DNA of 64,000 nucleotides from an uncultured Chloroflexia bacterium (lineage in GTDB: Bacteria > Chloroflexota > Limnocylindria > Limnocylindrales > CSP1-4). Shown one piece after another: positions 20,339 to 30,619 of the stretch (position 1 is its first letter; every line of letters starts with the position of its first letter). The stretch spans positions 288,001 to 352,000 of the forward strand of contig CAWFXA010000003.1 of NCBI GenBank assembly GCA_963819655.1, written 5' to 3'. The position numbers and the translations under genes were made by a program. A model generated the notes under the pieces. The model did no database searches. It had not been told where the DNA came from and was given only the letters and a program-made list of their open reading frames with translations.

Positions 20339-21418
20339 CTACGTCAGTCCGGCGAACCGACGCCGGATCCAGTTGTTGAGGACGACGGCGACCAGCAGCA
20401 GCGTGCCGATCGCGATCTTGTACCAGTCGGCATTGATATCGGCGAAGACGATGCCCTGACGGGCCATCCCCAGCGCCAGCGCTCCGAGCGCGGTGCCGGC
20501 GACCGAGCCGTAGCCGCCGGTCAGCAGCGATCCGCCGATGACCGCGGTCGTGATCGCATCGAGCTCGATGCCGGTGCCACGCAGGATATCGGCCGAGTTG
20601 AACCGCACGCTCTGGATGGCCGCCAGGATCGAGGCCGACAAGGCCGTCATGGCGAACAGGGCGATCTTGACCCGCGCGACCGGCACGCCGAGGTTGCGCG
20701 CGGCACCGGCCGAGCCACCCACGCCCGCGATCCAGTTGCCAAAGCGAGTCCGGCCCAGCACGTAGCTGCCGACGACCGCGATGACGATCCAGATGAGGAT
20801 CGAGATCTGCAGGGTCCCGCTCTGATCCCCGAGCGAGATCGGCATGCTCCACCCGAAGAACTCCGCGAGCGGGTCGCCGGCGATCCGTGTCGGGTCGATC
20901 GGGATGTAGGTGATGTTCGTGACGGTCGACGTCAGCACCGATGACGCGCCGCGGATGATGAACAGCGTGGCCAGCGTGACGATGAACGACGGAAGTCCCG
21001 TCCGCACCACGATGAGGCCGTTGATGACCCCGAGGAACGTGGTCGCGATCATCGCCATGATGATCGACAGCCAGACCGGCAGACCCCAGATGGTGACGCC
21101 GATGCCGATGAGGATCCCGGCGAAGCCGACCATCGAGCCGATCGACAGGTCGAACTCACCGGCGATCATGAGCAGGGCCACCGCGGTGGCGACGATGCCG
21201 ACCTGGGCGGCGACATCGAGGTAGTTGAGCGTGCCCGGGATGCTCATGAAGGCGGTGTTCCCACGGGCCAACGAGATCGCCGCGAAGACGACCCACACGA
21301 ACACGACGATGATCAGGGCGCCCGCGGCCGGGCGCGCCAGGATGCGCTGGGTGAGGGAGAGGTTGCGGAGTCTGTCCGATCCCGGTGCTCGCGGGGGCGC
21401 GGTCGTCGTGCTCGCCAT
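20339..21418 (-). CDS. Sugar/inositol ABC transporter permease
   Basis: GEFDLSIG, GLPSFIVTL, TRFGNW, VIGGSLLTGGYGS. Confidence 0.95.
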   Translation of the reverse strand: MASTTTAPPRAPGSDRLRNLSLTQRILARPAAGALIIVVFVWVVFAAISLARGNTAFMSIPGTLNYLDVAAQVGIVATAVALLMIAGEFDLSIGSMVGFAGILIGIGVTIWGLPVWLSIIMAMIATTFLGVINGLIVVRTGLPSFIVTLATLFIIRGASSVLTSTVTNITYIPIDPTRIAGDPLAEFFGWSMPISLGDQSGTLQISILIWIVIAVVGSYVLGRTRFGNWIAGVGGSAGAARNLGVPVARVKIALFAMTALSASILAAIQSVRFNSADILRGTGIELDAITTAVIGGSLLTGGYGSVAGTALGALALGMARQGIVFADINADWYKIAIGTLLLVAVVLNNWIRRRFAGLT

Positions 21419-21437
21419 CGTTCCCTCCGAGGTGATC

Positions 21438-21466
21438 GGGAGGGACCGACCTGGCCGGTCCCTCCC
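21438..21466 (-). other. 11-bp stem hairpin between substrate-binding protein and permease genes (mRNA stabiliser/attenuator)
   Basis: GGGAGGGACCG-acctggc-CGGTCCCTCCC; no U-tract. Confidence 0.6.
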
Positions 21467-21499
21467 ATGCGCCGGTGACGCCGACGCGCGAGCGCTAGG

Positions 21500-22504
21500 T
21501 CAGCGGAGACCCTTGGCGGCGAGACCGATGACGGCCTCGGCGTCCGCCTGGGTCACGAACCCTGGGCCGGTCATGATCAAGCCCTGGCCGTTGCCGGTGG
21601 GCAGGTTCTTGGTCTCGGCGTAGTTCGTGAGGATGACGATCGGCAGGTAGCCCTGGAGGAACTGCTGCTGATCGATCGCGAAGTCCATCTTCCCGTCCTT
21701 GATCGCCGTCAGCACGTCGGCGCTGAGGTCGAAGGTCGCGAGATGGATGGTCTTGCCGGAGGCCGCCACGGCGTCGAGCGCCGGCTTGGCCACCGAGGGT
21801 CCGAGGGTCAGGATGCCGTCGATGGTCGCGTCGGCCGCGAGGGCCGCCTCGATCGCCGCCTGCATGCCGGCCGGGTCGGAGATGTTGCCGGTCAGGACCT
21901 CGCCCGTCTCGCTGTCCGTCAGGCCCTTGAAGAACCCGTTGCAGCGCAGAGTGAGAGCCTGGTTGCCCACTTCCTGGTTGAAGCAGACCGCGTTCTTGAC
22001 GCCGGCCTCCTTGAACCGTGCGCCGGCTCCGAGGCCCGCCTCATACTCGGTCTGACCGACATGGGCCAGGACACCCAGGTCCCGGAACACGTCAGAACCG
22101 GAGTTCATCGACACGACCGGGATGCCGGCGTCGACGGCCTTCTGGATCGCCGGCCCGAGCGCGTCGGGGTTCGGGATCGAGACGACCAGTCCGGTCGGCT
22201 TCTTGGCGATCGCGGCGTCGATGAGCGAGACCATGCCGGGCATGTCGCTCTCGGCGCTCGGGGCGTTGTAGGTCGCCGTGACGCCCATGTCGGCCGCGCC
22301 GGCCTTCACGCCGTTGCGGACCACGCCCCAGAAACCGTCCTGGGCCTGGCCGTGGGTGACGTACTCGATCTTGATGTCGGCGCGCTTGACGAGCGCGCCG
22401 TCGAGGGCTGCCGCGGCCGAGCCGGTCGGCGTGCCTGACGTACAGGCTCCCACGATCATTGCCGCGCCCGCGAGCGCGACGATCGTCTTGCTCCTCAGAT
22501 TCAT
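21500..22504 (-). CDS. Sugar/inositol ABC substrate-binding lipoprotein
   Basis: Lipobox IVGAC; [30 protein letters not shown]. Confidence 0.9.
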   Translation of the reverse strand: MNLRSKTIVALAGAAMIVGACTSGTPTGSAAAALDGALVKRADIKIEYVTHGQAQDGFWGVVRNGVKAGAADMGVTATYNAPSAESDMPGMVSLIDAAIAKKPTGLVVSIPNPDALGPAIQKAVDAGIPVVSMNSGSDVFRDLGVLAHVGQTEYEAGLGAGARFKEAGVKNAVCFNQEVGNQALTLRCNGFFKGLTDSETGEVLTGNISDPAGMQAAIEAALAADATIDGILTLGPSVAKPALDAVAASGKTIHLATFDLSADVLTAIKDGKMDFAIDQQQFLQGYLPIVILTNYAETKNLPTGNGQGLIMTGPGFVTQADAEAVIGLAAKGLR

Positions 22505-22668
22505 ACGGTTCGTTCTCCTCCGATGTGCCGCGGCGTCTGCCGCGGTCCCGATCTCAGCCGCCCGCAGGGCGGATCCGAGGGTTCGCTGCTGTCGGTTCGC
22601 GGCCAGCCTGGCCGCCATGGACACCTCCTTTCGTCCGGTCGTCCCGAGGGTCGGGTCCGATCCGGCCC

Positions 22669-23667
22669 TCAGCCGGGGATCTCCGCGAGCCGCACGGGTC
22701 GGTGTTCGTGGAGCGAGCGATCGGCCGCTTCGGCGATGCGGAGGGCCGCAAGGCCATCGGCGGCGGTGCATGGTGACGATGCATCGCCACGGGCGACCGC
22801 GACGAATGCCGCGAGTTCGGCAGCATAAGCCGACTCGAACCGTACGAGGAAGTCTTTCCACGCAGGCCCGGGTGGCGGGGGAACGCCGGGTTCGACGGAG
22901 CGCAGCGGGGTCTTCGGGCCGAGGCCCACCGCCACGCTGTCCTTCGAGCCGAAGACCTCGGCCCGGATGTCATAGCCCAGGGGGTCGTGCCGGGTGACGG
23001 TCATCGCGGTCAGCGGGCCGTCGATGAGACGGAGCGTCACGACGGCGGTGTCCACGTCCCCGTACTTCGCGAAGACCGGGAAGGCGCGCACGGCACCGTC
23101 GGCGTAGACCTCCTCGACCTCGCAGCCGGTCATCCAGCGCAGGACGTCGAAGTCGTGGATCGAGAAGTCGCGGAAGAGGCCGCCCGACTGCGCGATGTAC
23201 GCCTCGTGCGCCGGCTCCGGGTCGTGCCCGGCCAGACGCACCGCATAGAGCGTCCCGAGGTCGCCGCCGTGGACCAGCCGGTGGACCTCACGGTAGGCCG
23301 GGTCGAAGCGGCGCTGGAAGCCGAGCTGGAACGGGGCGCCTGACGCGTCGATGTCCGCGGCGAGCGCGATCGTCTCGTCGAGGTTCGCGGCGAGTGGCTT
23401 CTCACAGAACGTCGGGAGCCCCCGACCGATCGACGCCCGAATGAGCTCGGCGTGGGCGCCCGTGGCGGCTGCGATGACGATGGCGTCGGCGGCGTCCAGC
23501 GCCGCGTCCATCGAGGGGGCCACGCTGGCACCGACCGACGAGGCTACCTCGGCCGCACGATCCGCGTCGACGTCGCCGATCACGAGTGAATCGATGCCCT
23601 CCGTCGCGCTGAGGAGACGGGCATGGAGCTTGCCGATCCGGCCCGCCCCGAGCAGAGCGACCTTCAT
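22669..23667 (-). CDS. iolG: Inositol 2-dehydrogenase (Gfo/Idh/MocA)
   Basis: [48 protein letters not shown]. Confidence 0.85.
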   Translation of the reverse strand: MKVALLGAGRIGKLHARLLSATEGIDSLVIGDVDADRAAEVASSVGASVAPSMDAALDAADAIVIAAATGAHAELIRASIGRGLPTFCEKPLAANLDETIALAADIDASGAPFQLGFQRRFDPAYREVHRLVHGGDLGTLYAVRLAGHDPEPAHEAYIAQSGGLFRDFSIHDFDVLRWMTGCEVEEVYADGAVRAFPVFAKYGDVDTAVVTLRLIDGPLTAMTVTRHDPLGYDIRAEVFGSKDSVAVGLGPKTPLRSVEPGVPPPPGPAWKDFLVRFESAYAAELAAFVAVARGDASSPCTAADGLAALRIAEAADRSLHEHRPVRLAEIPG

Positions 23668-24635
23668 GCCAGGGCTCCAGAAGGGCCGGCGCGGCCGTGC
23701 CGACGCAGCGTCGACCCGAGGACGCGCCGCCCGATCGCGGCGCTCTCCGACGGCGGGCCCCATGCGCTGTCCTGCTCGACCATCAGCCAGCCGGCGTAGT
23801 CGCGCTCGACCAGCGCCTCGATCACGCCGTCGAGATCGAGCATCCCGGCGCCGAGCTCCGTGAACAGCCGCTCGCGGACGGCGTGACCGAGCCCGTCGAG
23901 GGCACCCGATTGCAGCCCGGCGAGAACATCCGGGTCGACGTCCTTGAGATGGACGTGGGTGACGCGATCGGCCAGGTCGCGGATCGCCGCGACGGGGTCC
24001 CCGCCGCCGACGATGTGGTGCCCGACATCGAGGCAGATCCCGACACGGCTGGGGTCGGTGGAGGCCACGAGCCGGTCCACCTCCGCGGTCGTCTCGATGA
24101 ACGTCGCGCCATGCGGGTGGAAGGCGATCGGGCGTTCCGCGCGGTCCGCGATGTCGTGAAGGAGGTCGATCAGTGCGTCCCAGCCCGCATCGGTCAGCAC
24201 GGGTGTCCCTGGAGTCGTCGCGCGGCCCGCCAGTTCATCGCGACCCGGCGACCTGTGCAGCGCGACGCACAGGACCTCGCCGCCACCGTCGCGCAGCAGG
24301 CGGATCCGTTCGATCGCGACGTCGAGGGCTTCGGGTGTCGGTCCGTCCACGGTCGCAGGTAGCGGGACGTAGACCTCGGCAAGGCGCAGCTCGCGCCGGG
24401 CCAGCTCATCCCGCAGCTCGGCGCCCTCCGGGAACCCGTTGCCGAGCTGGGTACCCTCGTAGCCGGTCCGGGCGATCTCGTCGAGGACTGTCGCTGCGTC
24501 CAGGCCGGACGAGTCCGCGTGATCGGAGTTGATCCACAGCATCGGCACGGTGCCGATCGGGGATCGCGACAGTGCGTCGTCGGGGTGGCGGAGCGATGGC
24601 CGCACATCGTGACGAGCCGCTGTGACGGTGCTCAT
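23664..24635 (-). CDS. iolE: Myo-inosose-2 dehydratase-like TIM barrel (IolE/MocC), copy 1
   Basis: FHPHGATFIE, LDVGH, HVHLKD, LGAG, WLMVEQD; coupled to iolG. Confidence 0.8.
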   Translation of the reverse strand: MSTVTAARHDVRPSLRHPDDALSRSPIGTVPMLWINSDHADSSGLDAATVLDEIARTGYEGTQLGNGFPEGAELRDELARRELRLAEVYVPLPATVDGPTPEALDVAIERIRLLRDGGGEVLCVALHRSPGRDELAGRATTPGTPVLTDAGWDALIDLLHDIADRAERPIAFHPHGATFIETTAEVDRLVASTDPSRVGICLDVGHHIVGGGDPVAAIRDLADRVTHVHLKDVDPDVLAGLQSGALDGLGHAVRERLFTELGAGMLDLDGVIEALVERDYAGWLMVEQDSAWGPPSESAAIGRRVLGSTLRRHGRAGPSGALA

Positions 24636-24748
24636 CTGCGCCGACTCTCAGCCTCCCGAACGACCAGGGCGCGCGCAGTACGGGACGGGATTCGCGGGCA
24701 TGCGCGACGCGCGGACGACCCGGTCAACGCCCCTCCTTGCGCATTCCG

Positions 24749-24803
24749 CGTAATCGATTACCCTGAGTCGCGGACCGTATCGCACGGCACCATCGAGTGT
24801 CAA
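24749..24803. promoter_or_regulatory. LacI-type operator with divergent sigma70 promoters
   Basis: Perfect palindrome GTAATCGATTAC at 24750-24761. Minus strand TTGACA-18-TACGGT; plus strand TTGCGC-16-TACCCT. Confidence 0.7.
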
Positions 24804-24822
24804 TGCCGGATGTGGAGGATGG

Positions 24823-25956
24823 ATGGTGGGAGGGGCCACGGAGACGATGATCGGGGCCGCGCGGCTGCCGCTGGCCGACAGCCCGCTGGGCCGGACCGTG
24901 GCCACGACGTCGACCGACATCTGGAACGACTCGTGCGCGGTCGACGAGCTCGAGTACGCGATCTCGTTCGGTGCGGTCGGCGCGACCGCCAACCCGACCA
25001 TCGTCACCGACGTCTGGAAGGCCGACCCCGCTCACTGGCGCAACCGGGTGCGGAACCTCGCCGACGAGCGACCCGACGCGACCGAGATCGACCTCGCCTG
25101 GGCGATCGTCGAGGAGATGTCGCTCCGCGCCGCGCCGCTCCTGCTGCCGGCGTTCGAGGCATCCGGTGGCCGCCATGGCCGGCTGTCGATGCAGACCGAC
25201 CCGACGCTGTTCAGGTCCTTCGATCGCATGCTGGCCCAGGGCGAGCATTTCGCCTCGCTCGCCCCGAACATCGTGGTCAAGTTCCCGGCGACGTCGGTCG
25301 GCGTCCGGGTCATGGAAGAGGCGACCTACCGGGGCGTGAGCGTCAACGCGACCGTGTCGTTCAGCGTGCCCCAGGCCGTCGCGGCCGGCGAGGCCGTCGA
25401 GCGCGGGCTCCGACGGCGCGAAGCCGAGGGCTTGCCGGTCGATGACATGGGGCCGGTGATCACGGTCATGATGGGCCGCCTCGAGGACTGGCTGCGGGTC
25501 CAGACGGAGCGCGACGGGGTCGTCGCCGACCCCTCGACCCTGCCCTGGTCCGGCGTGGCGGTCTTCAAACGGACCGTCGCCGAGTTCCGGGATCGCGGCC
25601 TGCGCGCACGACCGCTCGGGGCGGCGATCCGCCACCACCTCCACTGGTCGGAGCTCATCGGCGGCGATGTGGTGATCACGATGCCGGCGACCTGGCAGCG
25701 TCGGTTCAACGCGTCGTCGGTCGAGGTCCGGCCGCGGATGGACGACCCGGTCGATCCGGCCATCGTGGATGAGCTGCAGCGGCACTTCCCGGATTTCGTC
25801 CGCGCCTACGAGCCCGACGGACTCGCGCCCGCGGAGTTCGACTCGTTCGGGCCGAGCGCGCGGACGCTCCGGGCATTCGTCGGGTCGTACCACGAGCTGC
25901 TCCATCAGGTCGGCGACGCGCTGGTCCCGAACCCGGACGTCAAGCCGCCCTCGTGA
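24823..25956 (+). CDS. Transaldolase-family protein (atypical active site)
   Basis: WNDS, GATANPT, VVKFP (Schiff-base Lys), NATVSFS, MGRLED; start 24823 or 24847. Confidence 0.85.
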   Translation: MVGGATETMIGAARLPLADSPLGRTVATTSTDIWNDSCAVDELEYAISFGAVGATANPTIVTDVWKADPAHWRNRVRNLADERPDATEIDLAWAIVEEMSLRAAPLLLPAFEASGGRHGRLSMQTDPTLFRSFDRMLAQGEHFASLAPNIVVKFPATSVGVRVMEEATYRGVSVNATVSFSVPQAVAAGEAVERGLRRREAEGLPVDDMGPVITVMMGRLEDWLRVQTERDGVVADPSTLPWSGVAVFKRTVAEFRDRGLRARPLGAAIRHHLHWSELIGGDVVITMPATWQRRFNASSVEVRPRMDDPVDPAIVDELQRHFPDFVRAYEPDGLAPAEFDSFGPSARTLRAFVGSYHELLHQVGDALVPNPDVKPPS

Positions 25957-26843
25957 TCGGCGGCCCCGGGATGACCGGCCTCTATCGGCCGGCCGGTTCG
26001 CTCGCGGTCGACGGCTGGTCGGTGGTCCTCACGCCCGAGGACGCGGGATGGGCCTTTAGCGGCCTCCGTTCTGGCACGCTGGCACAAGGCGGGAGCCTCG
26101 CCTTCGACTCCGGGGCGGATGAGGTCGTCGTCCTCCCGCTCGAGGGCGGTTTCGACGTCGTCGTCGACGGCGAGCTGTATCGCCTCGTTGGCCGGGCGAG
26201 CGTGTGGGCTGGCCCGACCGATTTCGTCTACGCCCCGCCCGGGTCGAGCGTCGAAGTGTCCAGCAGCGCAGGCGGACGGTTCGCCGTCGCGATGGCCCGT
26301 GGCGAGCGCCGCTATCCCGTGCGCCACGTGCCCGCGTCGGCGGTCTCGGTGGAGCTGCGCGGCGCGGGTGCGTCGTCCCGAGAGGTCCGCAACTTCGCGG
26401 CGGCGGATCGTTTCGAGGCGGATCGCCTGATCGCCGTCGAGGTTTTGTCGCCGGGCGGCAACTGGGGCTCTTATCCGCCCCACAAGCACGACGAGGTCCG
26501 CGACGGCGAGACCGACCTCGAGGAGATCTACCACTACGTCGTGGCGGACGGCCCGTCCGGTCCGGGGCTCGCATACCAGCACATCTACGGCACGCCCGAT
26601 CGCCCGATCGACCTGCTGACCACCGTCCGGACAGGCGACGTCGTGCTGGTCCCGAACGGCTGGCACGGCCCGGCGATGGCCGCGCCCGGATACGACCTGT
26701 ACTACCTCAACGTGATGGCCGGCCCCGGCGAGCGTGCGTGGCGGGCGTGCGACGACCCGGCGCACGCGTGGGTGCGCGACACCTGGGCGGGCCAGGCCGT
26801 TGACCCGCGTTTGCCCTTCGGACGGGGTGGCATCGGCTCGTAG
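25953..26843 (+). CDS. iolB: 5-deoxy-glucuronate isomerase
   Basis: EVLSPGGNWGSYPPHKHD, LEEIY, GWHGP, YYLNVMAGP; GTGA overlap with transaldolase. Confidence 0.95.
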   Translation: MIGGPGMTGLYRPAGSLAVDGWSVVLTPEDAGWAFSGLRSGTLAQGGSLAFDSGADEVVVLPLEGGFDVVVDGELYRLVGRASVWAGPTDFVYAPPGSSVEVSSSAGGRFAVAMARGERRYPVRHVPASAVSVELRGAGASSREVRNFAAADRFEADRLIAVEVLSPGGNWGSYPPHKHDEVRDGETDLEEIYHYVVADGPSGPGLAYQHIYGTPDRPIDLLTTVRTGDVVLVPNGWHGPAMAAPGYDLYYLNVMAGPGERAWRACDDPAHAWVRDTWAGQAVDPRLPFGRGGIGS

Positions 26844-26953
26844 GGGCGTGCGTTCGGACGACGCACCCGACGGCGCACCGCGGCCTCGTGGAGGGGGCCC
26901 CGTACCTGTAGATTCGGTGCACCCGTCATGTCGTACCAGAACGGACCCCACAC

Positions 26954-28267
26954 ATGGACACACGCGAGCCGACCCGGATCCCCGAGGAGCTGAAGCGAGC
27001 GTGGCCGGACATCCGCCCGGAGGACAAGGCCGCCGTGATGGCCGTCCTCGAGCGCGGGGTGCTCGGAGGGGTGGGAGCTCCCGAATCCACGGCACTCGAG
27101 GCAGAGTGGGCGGCGTTCGTCGGGCGCTCGACAGGCCTGCTCTTCAACTCCGGCACGGCGGCGATCCACGCAGCCTTATACGGGATCGACCTGCGGCCGG
27201 GCGACGAGGTCATCACCACCTCGTTCACGTTCGCCGGGACGTGGCAGCCGATCCTCCAGCAGCTCGGCATCCCGGTCTTCGTCGACATCGATCCGCGGAC
27301 GTACACGCTCGACGCCGGCCAGATCGAGGCCAAGATCGGCCCGCGGACCCGGGCGATCATCGCGGTGCACATCCAGGGCATGCCGTGCGACATGGACGAG
27401 ATCCTCGACATCGCGGATCGGCACGGGCTGCACGTCATCGAGGACGCCTGCCAGGCGCACGGCGCCACCTACAAGGGACGCCAGGCCGGGTCCATGGGCG
27501 TCGTCGGCTGCTACAGCCTGAACTCGAGCAAGATCCTGACGGGCGGCGAAGGCGGCCTGTTGGTGGCCGATGACCCGGACGTCATCCACAGGGCGCGGCG
27601 GCTCCGGACCTTCGGTGAGGACATCCCCGAGCTGGCCCGCCTGACCGGCTGGAACTTCCGGCCCTACACGGTCCATTCGGTCGGTTGGAACTACCGGCAC
27701 CAGGAGATGCCGGCCGCGCTCGCGCGATCGCAGCTGAGGCGTCTGCCCGACTATATCGCCACCGGCCAGCGGAACGCGGCGTACCTGACAGAACAGCTGT
27801 CGAGTGTGCCCGGCATCACGCCGCCGTACGTCCCGGCGGATCGGACGTCGAGCTACTACGAGTATCGCGTCCGCCTCGAGCCGGCCGAGCTCGGTCTGGG
27901 TCACGTCGAGAAGACTGCGTTCCGCGATGCCCTCGGCAAGACGCTCCAGGCACAGGGCGTCGGCTGCGAGCTATGGCACACCGAGCCTGCCCCGGCCTTC
28001 CCGATCTTCCAGAACCGCGAGGGCTTCGGCGGTCGGTTCCCGTGGACGCAGCCGCCCGCCGGCCGTGACATCACCTACGTCCCGGCGGATTTCCCGGAAG
28101 CGCAGGCGCTGCTCGATTCGTCGCTCGTCATCTGCGACATGCGCCACCCGATCTTCGTCCAGTCGCTCGAGCTGATGGAGATGTACGTCGAGCGGATCCG
28201 AGCCGTCCTGGCCGATCCGGAGCGCATCCTCGACGCGACGGATTCGCCGCGGCCGATCCCGGCCTGA
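26954..28267 (+). CDS. DegT/DnrJ/EryC1/StrS PLP aminotransferase (A)
   Basis: NSGTAA, PGDEVI, IEDACQAHGA, SLNSSKILTGGEGG, GWNYR. Confidence 0.9.
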   Translation: MDTREPTRIPEELKRAWPDIRPEDKAAVMAVLERGVLGGVGAPESTALEAEWAAFVGRSTGLLFNSGTAAIHAALYGIDLRPGDEVITTSFTFAGTWQPILQQLGIPVFVDIDPRTYTLDAGQIEAKIGPRTRAIIAVHIQGMPCDMDEILDIADRHGLHVIEDACQAHGATYKGRQAGSMGVVGCYSLNSSKILTGGEGGLLVADDPDVIHRARRLRTFGEDIPELARLTGWNFRPYTVHSVGWNYRHQEMPAALARSQLRRLPDYIATGQRNAAYLTEQLSSVPGITPPYVPADRTSSYYEYRVRLEPAELGLGHVEKTAFRDALGKTLQAQGVGCELWHTEPAPAFPIFQNREGFGGRFPWTQPPAGRDITYVPADFPEAQALLDSSLVICDMRHPIFVQSLELMEMYVERIRAVLADPERILDATDSPRPIPA

Positions 28268-28283
28268 CACGACGAGCCACCGG

Positions 28284-29396
28284 ATGGAGGACGCGGTCGG
28301 CATCGGGATCCTCGGGGCCGGCTGGATCACGCGGGCGCACGGACATGCGCTCCGCACGCTCGGACACGTCGCCCCGCTCGCCAGGCCCATCCGCCTGACC
28401 GCGATGGCGGCTCGGAACCAAGACCGCGGCGAGGCGATGGCCCGCGACCTCGGCGTCGAACGGTTCACCACCGACTGGGCCGACGTGGTCAACGACCCGC
28501 GCGTCGACGTCGTGGCCAACCTCCTGGGCGAGTCGGCGCACCGCGAGGCGACGGAGGCCGCGCTCGCGCTCGGCAAGCCTGTCCTGTGCGAGAAACCGTT
28601 GGGTCGGGATCGGTTCGAGGCCGGGTCGATGCTGGCAGCGGCCGAGCGAGCTGGCGTGCCCGCCGCCTGCGGCTACAACTATCGGTACGTCCCCGCGATG
28701 CGCCTCGCGCGTCAGATCGTCGAGAGCGGCAGGCTCGGCACGCTGGTGCAGTACCGGGCGGTCTACCTCCAGGACCACGCCGCGGGCCGTGTCCCGAGCC
28801 GGCGTCCGAACGCATCCCGGGCCGTCACCGACTACGCCCACATCGTCGACTTCCTGCGCTACCTCGGCGGGGAACCCGAGGCGGTGCAAGCGTCGTCAGC
28901 CAAGCTGACGACGGGCGGCGCGGACCTCGAGGACGCCTATGTTGCTGCAGTGAGCCTGCGAGGCGGCGGGATCGCATCGCTCGAGGCCTCCCGTGTCGCC
29001 CGGGGCTGGAAGGGCCGCCAGGTCATCGAGTACAACGGCACCGAGGGTTCGCTGTGGTGGGACATGGAGGACCTCAACCGCCTGCACGTCTTCTACGCCA
29101 CTGACGAGGCCGATCGCACGGGCGGGTTCCGTGACGTGCTCGTGACCCAGGCCGACCATCCGTTCCTCGACATGTGGTGGCCGCCTGGTCACACGATCGG
29201 CTGGGAGCACAGCTTTGCCCACGAATGGCACGACTTCCTCGGGGCGGTCATCGACGGGCGTCCGTTGTCGCCCGAGCAGGCGTCCTTCCGGGACGGGTAC
29301 GAGGCGGCGGTCCTGTGCGACGCGATCATCGCCTCGGCCGCCGAGGGTCGCCGGGTCACGATCGACGAGATGACCGCGACTGCGGCTCCGGGATGA
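28284..29396 (+). CDS. Gfo/Idh/MocA oxidoreductase
   Basis: GAGWIT, CEKP, GYNYRYVPA, WWPPGHTIGWEHSF. Confidence 0.9.
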   Translation: MEDAVGIGILGAGWITRAHGHALRTLGHVAPLARPIRLTAMAARNQDRGEAMARDLGVERFTTDWADVVNDPRVDVVANLLGESAHREATEAALALGKPVLCEKPLGRDRFEAGSMLAAAERAGVPAACGYNYRYVPAMRLARQIVESGRLGTLVQYRAVYLQDHAAGRVPSRRPNASRAVTDYAHIVDFLRYLGGEPEAVQASSAKLTTGGADLEDAYVAAVSLRGGGIASLEASRVARGWKGRQVIEYNGTEGSLWWDMEDLNRLHVFYATDEADRTGGFRDVLVTQADHPFLDMWWPPGHTIGWEHSFAHEWHDFLGAVIDGRPLSPEQASFRDGYEAAVLCDAIIASAAEGRRVTIDEMTATAAPG

Positions 29397-30619
29397 CGGC
29401 TCGCCCGCCGGCCATCGGGATCGCGCTGGTCGGTGCCGGCACGATGGCCGCCGCACATGGCGCTGCACTGACATTGTTCGGCGCTCTCTATCCGGCGCTG
29501 CCCCGCGGCGTGCGTCTGGTCGCGGTGGCGGACGTCAACGAGGCACTTGCCGCACGCCTTGCCGCACGTTTCGGGTTCGAGCGGGTCGAGCACGACTGGC
29601 GTCGCGTCGTCGAAGCGCCCGATGTCGACCTCGTCGTTGCCTGCCTGCCGCCCGTGCTGAACCACGAGGTCGTACTCGCCGCCGCAGCCGCCGGCAAGCA
29701 CATCGTCAGCGAGAAGCCGCTGGCCGAATCCGCTGCCGCCGCCATGGAGCTGTTGGAGGCGTGCCGCGCCGCGGGCGTCTTCCACGGGCTCGGCGCCGCC
29801 TACCGCTGGAACCCGGCGCTCCGGGCGATCCGCGAACTGATCGATGACGGCGAGCTCGGCGAGATCAGGTCCCTGCAGGCCAGCTTCATGCTCGACTACG
29901 CGGCCGATCCCGAGGTGCCGCTCCTGTGGCGGTTCCAGCGAGCCCTGGCCGGCGGCGGGATCGGGATCGACACCGGCTACCACATCGTCGATTGCGCCCG
30001 CTACCTGGTGGACGAGATCATCGACGTGCAGAGCCTGACGCAGACGTTCATCGCCGAGCGTCCGCTGCCCGCTGCGGATGCGATCGGCAACCGGGGGGGC
30101 GGCGCAGGCGAGTCGAGCGACGGAGCTCGCGGCCCGGTCGACGTCGAGGACGCGATGGCCGCGCTGGTGACGTTCACGGGAGGAGCCTATGGCGTGCTGG
30201 AGACGAGCCGCGTGGCGATCGGCCGGCGCGTGTCGCTGCGGCTGGACGTCTTCGGCTCGACCGGATCGGCCGCGTGGGACCTCGAGCAGCCGGACGAGTT
30301 CCGGGTCTGCCTGCCAGGGGACTCGGCGACGTTCGGTTACCGCCGCGTGCTGGTCAATCCGACCCACCCGGGTGCGGCCGAGCTGCTCATCGGCGGCACC
30401 GATGGGACCTCGATCGGCTGGCTCGGTCAGGGCTGCGCGATGTGGGCGGAATTCCTGACGGCGATCGCCGAGGGACGCCAGGCGCACGCGGACTTCGAGG
30501 ATGGCGTCCGCGACAACGCCGTGATCGACGCGATCTATGCATCGGCCGCCAGCGGCATCCGGACGCCCGTCACCCAACCCGCCGGTCTCGACCCGGCGCT
30601 GGAAGGAGTCATGCCGTGA
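29393..30619 (+). CDS. Gfo/Idh/MocA oxidoreductase
   Basis: GAGTMA, SEKP, WRF, DTGYHIVD; ATGA overlap. Confidence 0.9.
   Translation: MTARPPAIGIALVGAGTMAAAHGAALTLFGALYPALPRGVRLVAVADVNEALAARLAARFGFERVEHDWRRVVEAPDVDLVVACLPPVLNHEVVLAAAAAGKHIVSEKPLAESAAAAMELLEACRAAGVFHGLGAAYRWNPALRAIRELIDDGELGEIRSLQASFMLDYAADPEVPLLWRFQRALAGGGIGIDTGYHIVDCARYLVDEIIDVQSLTQTFIAERPLPAADAIGNRGGGAGESSDGARGPVDVEDAMAALVTFTGGAYGVLETSRVAIGRRVSLRLDVFGSTGSAAWDLEQPDEFRVCLPGDSATFGYRRVLVNPTHPGAAELLIGGTDGTSIGWLGQGCAMWAEFLTAIAEGRQAHADFEDGVRDNAVIDAIYASAASGIRTPVTQPAGLDPALEGVMP

Noticed and set aside
22619-22632. 16S rRNA 3' end fragment (GGACACCTCCTTTC)
   Set aside because: No flanking rRNA sequence; better explained as a strong SD on the minus strand.
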